Below are positions 26,301-32,000 of a DNA stretch of 32,000 nt, in pieces. The first letter of the stretch is position 1. Every line of letters starts with the position of its first letter. The notes beneath the pieces are model-generated. The model was not told the DNA's origin and did not search any database. It worked only from the letters and a program-made list of their open reading frames with translations. Made by a program: the position numbers and the translations under genes. Source of the DNA: Crocosphaera subtropica ATCC 51142 (lineage in GTDB: Bacteria; Cyanobacteriota; Cyanobacteriia; Cyanobacteriales; Microcystaceae); NCBI RefSeq assembly GCF_000017845.1, contig NC_010539.1:7621-39620 (forward strand). The letters run 5' to 3'.

Positions 26301-27067
26301 CGTTGAACGGCGGCTAAACGTTGACTATATTCGGCAAAAGCTTGGTGTAAAATTCCTAATAAATAGACAGGGGTTGCAGTATTTTTGGGAAGTTCGGCCA
26401 GTTGTTGTAATAAGTATAAATCCTCTGCCCCTTGGTTATAAGCTGCATATTCAAGGGCTTTGCCCAATTCGTCAATGATTAAGAAAATCCCTGTTTTTGA
26501 GGCTGTGGCTAGTTCTTGGACGAGTTCAACAATTTTTCTACTATCTATTGCTTCTTCTGATGCGAGTTCAGTTTCTAAATCAGTCAATTTAGCAATAGCA
26601 GGAATTTTATTCTGTTGTGCAGGTTTCCAGTAAGTTTCTACACCTCGGCTTAAGGCACGAATAATAGTATGACTGATGGGTTCTCGTTGTCCTGTAGCGA
26701 CGGCACGAATATAGCCTTTTTCGGGAATAACTTGGCTTATAGTTTGATAGTCTAGGCTTTCCTTCCCCAAGGTATTTCTAGCAATTTCTAGGGCTTTTTT
26801 TCGTAGCTTACTTTTATTATCTGCTAATAAAGCGGTTAAATAATGAGCAAAAGCCGATTTTCCGGTTCCATAGACGCTGGTTAATGTCCAAGCTCGATTG
26901 CCTTCTGGTGCGGCAATTCCGCTTGAAATACGTCGTAGGGTTGTAATAGAACGATCCGTTAGGACGTAACCTTCTAAAGCTTCAAATTGCTCACTGTCCC
27001 GTTCTAAATTGACGGAACGGGAGTAACGACGCTTGAGAGTAATGTACTGGGAGAGGGGTTGGATCAT
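23315..27067 (-). CDS. sspC: 1250-aa P-loop ATPase, SspC-like
   Basis: Walker A TLTSVYGTGKSAFAHYL (nt ~26849-26875), Walker B GIFLIIDELGKAL (~26461-26490), and an N-terminal RSVNLERD...GYVLT motif. Size and architecture resemble the large DUF499/BrxC-type ATPases. It lies between the DUF4007 and PAPS-reductase-like genes. Confidence 0.55.
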   Translation of the reverse strand: MIQPLSQYITLKRRYSRSVNLERDSEQFEALEGYVLTDRSITTLRRISSGIAAPEGNRAWTLTSVYGTGKSAFAHYLTALLADNKSKLRKKALEIARNTLGKESLDYQTISQVIPEKGYIRAVATGQREPISHTIIRALSRGVETYWKPAQQNKIPAIAKLTDLETELASEEAIDSRKIVELVQELATASKTGIFLIIDELGKALEYAAYNQGAEDLYLLQQLAELPKNTATPVYLLGILHQAFAEYSQRLAAVQRNEWAKIQGRFEDIPFTESASSMMRLMGQAIDQTQAEPLECAIHNTASEWFSRLKTAIQGEEITLDILENIYPLHPVTALALPTLCQRYAQNDRSLFTFLTSNEPYSFRIFLEETSIKNNTIENSEKPTTQKSQTDYINPFPTLKLDRVYDYFIEAAGMGLASRPNLQRWVEIQDLIADAKRLENDSLRVLKAIGILNLITTTGANRATRELVTLAMCDSPHDSEQLEYWGSIIDDLLQKNIITHRRQLDELRIWQGSDFNVDSELNVFIDQQRESLVNLLSSLRPFNPQIAQRHSYKTGTLRYFERRYLDSKLYFDSNSKGLETKGEDDKFKVLQEQLQLENADSDGLIGYWLDEEIPPQIPATTVDGKPFILICAAKLDLLRIRTREYAALKQIQTSASELQSDGVARREVRYRVTEAERLLDEILTQAFDLALNHNRCWVQGEEKKLNSIADFNATLSHVCDEVYHKTPILWNELINRRDLTSQGTKARRELITAMIEQSSKPRLGLSGYGPEVSMYYSLLEETRIHGQTVAITEEKLVTDTGNEERVDSSEISVTVEEKLINTPDISEIIEEDWDFYPPETTSGIFSFWEAVEDFCLNAYDTPHTLDQLYQKLAEPPYGIKQGAIPVLIAAVILNHIDDVGLYQDGTFIAILGAEHFELLVKDPSRFAVKYFEVVGLRSEVFKELESILRNPKLKKAGKLRNATLLTVVTPLYQFVKKLPSYTKQTQRLGKEALGVLKALQTTVEPDELIFTSLPVACGLDPIGTEEAEDGTIAKTLRTRLVQALREINTAYETLLTDCQKLLYEAFGVRSQEKQLREDLRVRASYLAGQCVERNLRSFVQVATDEDKSDSEWLEAVVMVISDKPPESWTDKDVTGFEVKLSDIARRFKNLEALQKEVAAKGDGFEARRITVTRPDGEETHRMVWVDNSNEDKVEKYVQQILDILPDNEQIRQAVLAKLTERVLNTNSLEGVSLLQEKASSQKGKSKKVAR

Positions 27068-27094
27068 ATTAATTTTGAGGCACCATCCTCTATC

Positions 27095-27310
27095 TTAGAG
27101 TGCTTCTCCAACAATGTGTAAAACTTCTTTATATAATTTTTCTTCTATCCAAAATCCTGTTTCTTGGATTAAGCTATCAAGTAAGGGTTTTACAGACTCA
27201 ATTAAGTTTCTCTGTTTGGCAGCTATTAAAATGCCTAAGACTCCAATAATTGATAGTCCTGATTGAGTGGCAATTTTTCTTCTTAATCTTTCATCAATAA
27301 TCATCGACAA
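27095..27310 (-). pseudogene. DUF3368 (PIN-like toxin) C-terminal fragment
   Basis: IIDERLRRKIATQSGLSIIGVLGILIAAKQRNLIESVKPLLDSLIQETGFWIEEKLYKEVL matches the C-terminal half of DUF3368 proteins. The N-terminal PIN-like half is missing. Confidence 0.6.
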
Positions 27311-27346
27311 TCATAACTTTATAAGGTTTGTAAATCTTGGTGTCAG

Positions 27347-27448
27347 TTAATTTTTTCTTTTTATGAGGATGATAGTGATTTCTAGTTTTAATTCACCTTC
27401 GGAAATTTTAGCAGTTTCTAAGAATTCATCGGGAATGGTTAAACTCAT
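27347..27448 (-). pseudogene. UPF0175-family antitoxin N-terminal fragment
   Basis: A 33-codon ORF below the track cutoff: MSLTIPDEFLETAKISEGELKLEITIILIKRKN*. It has the typical UPF0175 N-terminus but terminates before the HTH part. Confidence 0.5.
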
Positions 27449-27629
27449 AGGGTTGGTTGATGAAAAAAAGGGGTCACTATTCAATTTTAGATGAAATTTA
27501 GCTAAGAATAATTATCAAAAGTTATTTTTCTTGACTTCTTTTGAAAGTTTTGGTTCCGATTTGGGAATCCTAATACTATAGGCTTTCGAGCAATCTATCT
27601 TTCTTGGTTAACTTATTGAATGAAATAAC

Positions 27630-28214
27630 ATGAATAAACTAAGAAATTGTTTACTTCATTACTCAGGGTATATTATTGGCATCCATATTTTATTTATTAG
27701 TCCTGTTGAATCAGCCAATATATCGACTTCTTTAGACTTTAGTAGTGATATTCAAATCTCTTTATTAAGACAACAAAATACTAAAACAATTGAATCTCAA
27801 TTGGGTTGGAAAGGCTTTTTCAGTTTATATCGTATGTTTCCTGATAGACCAGACAATTATGATGAGGAATTTCCCTATAGTATAGTTTATTTAGAACCTA
27901 TAGGTAATAGTCTTAATATTTACAACTCATATGTAAAAAAACCTTTAGGACAATTGGCTGGATGTAATACCCATTATTGTGATAGAGCTAAAGCTTCATT
28001 AATAGGGCGTTTAAACTTCAAAGAGCAAGGTAATCAATGGATAGTTACTGAGGCTTCTGGACAAACGAGAATTCTCTTTGATAACGCTAGATGTGAAATA
28101 TACAGAAAATCTAAGACTTTAATATGTAAGGGATTTTATAAAGTAGAGAATTATCCTATGACTCCAGTTCCTGCAATTTACAAATTTGTCAATGATGGAA
28201 GCACCCCTTTTTAA
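27630..28214 (+). CDS. exported hypothetical protein (tandem paralogue 1)
   Basis: Starts MNKLRN... with a hydrophobic N-terminus. YLEPIGNSLNIYNSYVKKPLGQLAGCNTHYCDRAKASLIGRL aligns with the downstream gene, and four Cys are conserved. Confidence 0.6.
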   Translation: MNKLRNCLLHYSGYIIGIHILFISPVESANISTSLDFSSDIQISLLRQQNTKTIESQLGWKGFFSLYRMFPDRPDNYDEEFPYSIVYLEPIGNSLNIYNSYVKKPLGQLAGCNTHYCDRAKASLIGRLNFKEQGNQWIVTEASGQTRILFDNARCEIYRKSKTLICKGFYKVENYPMTPVPAIYKFVNDGSTPF

Positions 28215-28275
28215 TACTGTTACTAATAATAACAGCACTACAAGCTTTTTCTTATACAAATAATTTAGAATAAAT

Positions 28276-28845
28276 ATGAACAAATTAAGATTTTTTTTGA
28301 TTGGCTACACTACTTTTTTTCTTGTAACTAATCTTCTTAGTAGTTACGAGGTCAAATCAGCCAATCTCTTAAGCAAATCGACTATTCGAGATGAGCAACC
28401 CACTCTATTAGTTCAAAATAAGACAACTCTTGAATCTATTAACTGGGGATTTTTTAGTTATTATATCAGATATCCTCATGATACTGAGTATCCTTATCCT
28501 AATGCCATTTACAAAAGTGTAGTTTATCTAGAGAGAAAAAATAATATAATCTACATCTATAATACTTATCTGCGCCGTCCGCTAGGTCAAGCAAATGGGT
28601 GTGGTGGACTTGGATGTGATATGGGCAAAGGTTCTCTCTTAGGTACTTTAAAATTACAACGCCGAGGAAATTTTTTAGTAGTTACTGAAGCTACTGAACA
28701 AGCGAAGATTCTTAATAACGTTAAGTGCCAAGTTCAAGGTGATGATACTGTTCCAGTTTTATCTTGCATTGGGACTTTTCAGTCTGAATTAAATCCTAAT
28801 GCTTTTCCTTTTACTGTTATCTACGAATTTGGTTCTGGTACTTAG
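28276..28845 (+). CDS. exported hypothetical protein (tandem paralogue 2)
   Basis: Starts MNKLRFFLIGYTTFFLVTNLL.... YLERKNNIIYIYNTYLRRPLGQANGCGGLGCDMGKGSLLGTL shows the same Cys spacing as the upstream gene. Confidence 0.6.
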   Translation: MNKLRFFLIGYTTFFLVTNLLSSYEVKSANLLSKSTIRDEQPTLLVQNKTTLESINWGFFSYYIRYPHDTEYPYPNAIYKSVVYLERKNNIIYIYNTYLRRPLGQANGCGGLGCDMGKGSLLGTLKLQRRGNFLVVTEATEQAKILNNVKCQVQGDDTVPVLSCIGTFQSELNPNAFPFTVIYEFGSGT

Positions 28846-28924
28846 ATTATTAACTTTTTATTGATTATCAATTTACTTAAGAATAAGCATTGAGGGAAAT
28901 ACGTTCAATAATAAATTAAAGTCC

Positions 28925-29257
28925 TTAAATAAATTCAAGACGCTGATACATTGATTCGGTAGTATGAGAGAGATAAATTCGCCATAAAGCTTGTAAAATT
29001 TCTCCAATAGAACGACGACCTTGACGACAATAAATAATTCCTGCGTGTTCTACTTGTCGTTGATGAAGTCTCAAAAAATCGGCATCGTGGGTAAAAATTA
29101 TCCGCTTTTGAGTCAAAGCAAATGTGGTTTGTTGTTCATCAGATGCCCCAATTAAATTGACTTCTGCTGTGGTTGTTACATCAATATTCCGTCTTCTTAA
29201 TCCCTCAGCAATGGCATTTTCTACATTTTCATCCAAGTGAAATTTAATAAAAGTCAT
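28925..29257 (-). CDS. DUF5615-family PIN-like protein (putative toxin)
   Basis: FHLDENVENAIAEGLRRRNIDVTT...IIFTHDADFLRLH is typical of DUF5615 (Mut7-C-like) proteins. It lies downstream of a DUF433 gene. Confidence 0.7.
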   Translation of the reverse strand: MTFIKFHLDENVENAIAEGLRRRNIDVTTTAEVNLIGASDEQQTTFALTQKRIIFTHDADFLRLHQRQVEHAGIIYCRQGRRSIGEILQALWRIYLSHTTESMYQRLEFI

Positions 29258-29350
29258 ATTTTAAAAAATATTAATTAGACGAATTGTCAAGGTTTTATCT
29301 ACCCTAAAAATCAAGTTAACCTCGCTCAATTGGGAATCGGACGAAATATC

Positions 29351-29635
29351 CTAAGAAGAAAGTGATGAACGCATTTCAGTTTCTAAGCGGTCATCTTCTA
29401 AGATTGCTTTTCTAATTTCTTGAAAATTATCATAATAATAAGTTAACGCTGCATAAACATCCGCTAATGTAATAGTTGGATGTCGAGAAACAATTTCATC
29501 AGGGGAAAGTCCCATTTCTTCATACCAAATAACAATATCTTGTACTTTTATTCGATGACCAGCAATACGAGGTTTTCCCCCACAAACCCCTGGAGTCATA
29601 CAAATATGTTCGGAAATTACGGGTAGTTTCGACAT
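29351..29635 (-). CDS. DUF433-family protein (putative antitoxin)
   Basis: ICMTPGVCGGKPRIAGHRIKVQDIVIWYEEMGLSPDEIVSRHPTITLADVYAALTYYYDN is the DUF433 signature. Confidence 0.8.
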   Translation of the reverse strand: MSKLPVISEHICMTPGVCGGKPRIAGHRIKVQDIVIWYEEMGLSPDEIVSRHPTITLADVYAALTYYYDNFQEIRKAILEDDRLETEMRSSLSS

Positions 29636-29748
29636 TTTTCTTTAATCTTTCAAAATTTACGATAGTCAATTCATTATAGAACCTTTTTATTTCCTTTGTG
29701 AATCCTCAAAATTGTGCTAAGAAAAAAGCCTATAACAACACGCTATCA

Positions 29749-29763
29749 ATCATTGGCAATGAT
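29749..29763. promoter_or_regulatory. 15-bp palindrome ATCATTG-g-CAATGAT, candidate operator
   Basis: Perfect 7-bp arms around one central nucleotide. It lies in the 164-nt gap between the sspB-like stop and the DUF433 start. Confidence 0.25.
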
Positions 29764-29799
29764 AATAATCATAAACTTCATGACCGAATTAATCACCTA

Positions 29800-30708
29800 T
29801 TACTGTCGATAATACTGCTCTAAAATTTCCCTTGCCAATTCCAAAGGCTCATCATTAAAAGAAAACTGAATTAATCCCGCCGTATCAGACAAAGCCAGCT
29901 TATTATTATGTCTAGCTACCCGTTCAATGGCATCACATAAGGCTTCTTCCGTTAACTTAAATACCAACCCTGGACTACCCACATCATACAACAAACGAGA
30001 GATAGCTAAGGTTTTCGTCCCATAACTGACTCGACTGGCATAATCTAAGCAAGCGGCCACAATAATCTCAGGGGGTAGAGTCGCTTTCGTCCCAATACGA
30101 AAGGTATAGCGTTTTGATTCTCCGGCAGTATGAATCAATCCCAGTTCACTAAAAGGACAGTCAATAGAATCTTCAATTAATCCCTTAGTCGCTTGTTGTT
30201 GAACGTACATCCGCAAAATGCAGTTGATGTCTTTCTTTAACGAAGATTCGGCGGTTGATTTTCCTAAATTTTCTTGATAACTGCGTAAGCCTTCGGTTAA
30301 ATCTTCGGCATAGAATTCCACAGCCCGAAATTCATTAAAAGTGTAGTACCAGGCCGCTGCCTCACAAGTGGGTTTTAGCAAATGCCAATGGAGTAACCAC
30401 AATGACGCTGGATTTTCTAGAAATGGATCATAACCGTCATCACTGAGAAGTTGTTGCCCAAAGTTTGATGGTTGATCATTTTCTAAAACTTTAAAGGCAT
30501 TACACCAGTAGCGGATGGCTTTTACCATGTTTTTTCCTACTCCTAAACGCACAGGAGCATAATCATCGGTAAAAATTCCTGAGTATTGAGTAGCGAGGTC
30601 AAAGCCTTTTTTTAGCCACCCATAACGAGGGTGGAAGGTTTCATGACGTGCGAAAACGGGATTGACTGGTGGTAAAGATTCAAATAGATTCGGTTGGGTT
30701 ATGGTCAT
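29800..30708 (-). CDS. sspB: DUF4007-family protein, SspB-like
   Basis: The N-terminal FARHETFHPRYGWLKKGFDL is the DUF4007 hallmark. It is 302 aa and on the same strand as the other Ssp-like genes. Confidence 0.7.
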   Translation of the reverse strand: MTITQPNLFESLPPVNPVFARHETFHPRYGWLKKGFDLATQYSGIFTDDYAPVRLGVGKNMVKAIRYWCNAFKVLENDQPSNFGQQLLSDDGYDPFLENPASLWLLHWHLLKPTCEAAAWYYTFNEFRAVEFYAEDLTEGLRSYQENLGKSTAESSLKKDINCILRMYVQQQATKGLIEDSIDCPFSELGLIHTAGESKRYTFRIGTKATLPPEIIVAACLDYASRVSYGTKTLAISRLLYDVGSPGLVFKLTEEALCDAIERVARHNNKLALSDTAGLIQFSFNDEPLELAREILEQYYRQ

Positions 30709-31082
30709 TGCTTCTCCAATGGATCTAGATTAATTAATTGATCGTTGATATGGTTGTCACTTTTGGGTTTCTAGAGATTCCAGTTACCCGTTTGATTGAT
30801 TAAATTTTTAGACTCAATACTTAACAAGCTCAAAGGTCAGGTCAGAACTAGCCAAGCTGTTACCCCTCATGTCACAGCCACAAGCGTGATGGAGTAAATG
30901 GGCATTCCCTCCTGTTACTAAATTCTATCTCGATTTCCTTGGGTTTTTTATCTAATGGTCTTTGAGCATTGGCTTTTATTTTTTCTTCGATGGCTCAAGG
31001 CCATTCAAATGCTTTATCGGATTGTGGCCTTTTATAGCACTTTTCAATTGGATAGACAAATCTTCGACTTTGATGACAAGGT

Positions 31083-31137
31083 GACTTGGAGAGGACTTGG
31101 AGACTTGGAAGAATGTTAACAGAAAATCTCCCAAGTC
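31083..31137. repeat. three direct copies of GACTTGGA(G/A) plus one inverted copy
   Basis: Direct copies at 31083-31091, 31094-31102 and 31102-31110. The inverted copy CTCCCAAGTC is at 31128-31137. GACTTGG (31102-31108) can pair with CCAAGTC (31131-31137). Confidence 0.7.
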
Positions 31138-31457
31138 TTCCGTGTCTTACCCAACTAGAAATATTGGCCACAGACGATGAAAAACGCTATTAAACCAACA
31201 ATCGTCGCACAGATTATCCCCGTCGCCCCCATTGCAGTACGATGTGTATCGACTTAAATATGGTAATTAGGTTTCAGCCCTTGTTTGTCTGTATAATTTG
31301 CGCTAGCAAGAAAGGATTTACCTCACACGTTTCAATCTTAAGTAAGCGTCTTTTAACTCTGTCGTATTCCCATCGGTTACTTTGTAATTGTGCAAACTAA
31401 CAATAGATAATATGTGTTTCATGAATTTACTTGAGTATTTTTACTTAGTAAGACAAT

Positions 31458-31568
31458 GCACTTAAAGTTCACGCCTTAGCACCCTGCGCGCACGTTTATG
31501 TGCTTTCACTAGCGGGAAAAAGTGCATTTATAGTGCTTTTGCGTGCGTTATCCGTGCAGTAGTCGTGC
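31458..31568. repeat. helically phased GCAC/GTGC tetramer array (candidate protein-binding array or iteron-like element)
   Basis: GCAC begins at 31458, 31479 and 31490. GTGC begins at 31500, 31522, 31533, 31543, 31554 and 31565. The intervals are 21, 11, 10, 22, 11, 10, 11 and 11 nt. Confidence 0.6.
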
Positions 31569-31812
31569 ATAAACAGTATGAGTGGCCACACAAAACACTG
31601 CTTGCTTTCCCCCAGAAAAGGCAGCGAACTAGAACGAAGAAGATTCAACGAGAATAACGAGGAATAAACTCAGAAAAATAGTAACACGTCTGTAGTAACA
31701 AGGTAGTAATTTTAGAGATGGAACAGAGAATGTAATCGTGAAAACAGTCCGAACACTTGTGAAGGACAAGAGGCAAGAGACTCCACTCTAGAGTTGATCA
31801 TTTTTCGCCGAA

Positions 31813-31986
31813 TCAAACAATGCGCGACTCAATGCGAGTGCCAAGTGGAGTACCGAGAATATGACAAGGTAGGTGATCGCTATCCTCTGTTAAAAATTCA
31901 CAGCCTTGAACTTCCGGAACAATGGGATCTTGTGGCTCCTGCTTGGACTGTTTTGCAGAAGCCTTATCTTTCGGTTGTTTTGTCAT
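31813..31986 (-). CDS. 57-aa hypothetical protein
   Basis: ORF below the track cutoff: MTKQPKDKASAKQSKQEPQDPIVPEVQGCEFLTEDSDHLPCHILGTPLGTRIESRIV*. It is preceded by AAGAGGA, with 8 nt between the GAGG core and the ATG. No family recognised. Confidence 0.3.
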   Translation of the reverse strand: MTKQPKDKASAKQSKQEPQDPIVPEVQGCEFLTEDSDHLPCHILGTPLGTRIESRIV

Positions 31987-32000
31987 GGTTGCGTCCTCTT

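Noticed and set aside
23315-27067. BREX BrxC/PglY assignment for the 1250-aa P-loop protein
   Set aside because: No PglX methyltransferase, PglZ, BrxA/B or BrxL-like genes are in the window. The DUF4007 and PAPS-reductase-like neighbours favour an SspC-like role.
30955-31119. 54-codon plus-strand ORF (MVFEHWLLFF...KVTWRGLGDLEEC)
   Set aside because: Its C-terminal part is just the translation of the GACTTGG repeat cluster. It has no ribosome-binding site and no family resemblance.
31292-31297. Perfect TATAAT as a promoter -10 element
   Set aside because: No convincing -35 lies at 16-18 nt, and TATAAT is frequent in AT-rich DNA. It is not callable without transcript data.
3684-31589. 8-bp palindrome GTGGCCAC at 3684-3691 and 31582-31589
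   Set aside because: There are only two copies, close to the chance expectation for an 8-mer in this much sequence, and there is no supporting context.
1-32000. CRISPR arrays, tRNA, rRNA or tmRNA genes
   Set aside because: I saw no regularly spaced repeat/spacer structure of 25 nt or more, and no cloverleaf-like or rRNA-like segment. The repeats present are short and are described individually.

Overview
AT-rich window with five perfect HIP1 octamers (GCGATCGC), so probably cyanobacterial, and almost entirely accessory DNA. The left third (about 0.7-7.0 kb) looks like mobile-element cargo. It holds a RuvC-like protein, a pRiA4b-ORF3-like protein, an intact tyrosine recombinase, a T5orf172/GIY-YIG protein, a Dda/RecD-like SF1 helicase, a DUF4112 membrane protein and a decayed second integrase. 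The rest (7.1-30.7 kb) is a minus-strand defence island built around an SspABCD-like DNA phosphorothioation gene set. That set comprises a DUF4007 SspB-like gene, a 1250-aa P-loop SspC-like gene, a PP-loop/PAPS-reductase SspD-like gene and a NifS/IscS-type cysteine desulfurase. These genes are not contiguous. A tightly coupled four-gene block lies between the SspD-like gene and the desulfurase. It consists of a fused ABC-ATPase/Toprim (OLD- or PARIS-like) gene followed by DptF-, DptG- and DptH-like genes. The last is a 1841-aa protein with a PD-(D/E)xK-like motif and a C-terminal FtsK-type motor. Five signal-peptide proteins sit between the SspC-like and SspD-like genes. Between the SspB-like and SspC-like genes are one intact TA pair (DUF433/DUF5615), one decayed TA pair (UPF0175/DUF3368) and two opposite-strand exported paralogues. 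The last 1.3 kb has no long ORF and carries a helically phased GCAC/GTGC array and other short repeats. All family assignments come from motifs read by eye; no database search was possible.
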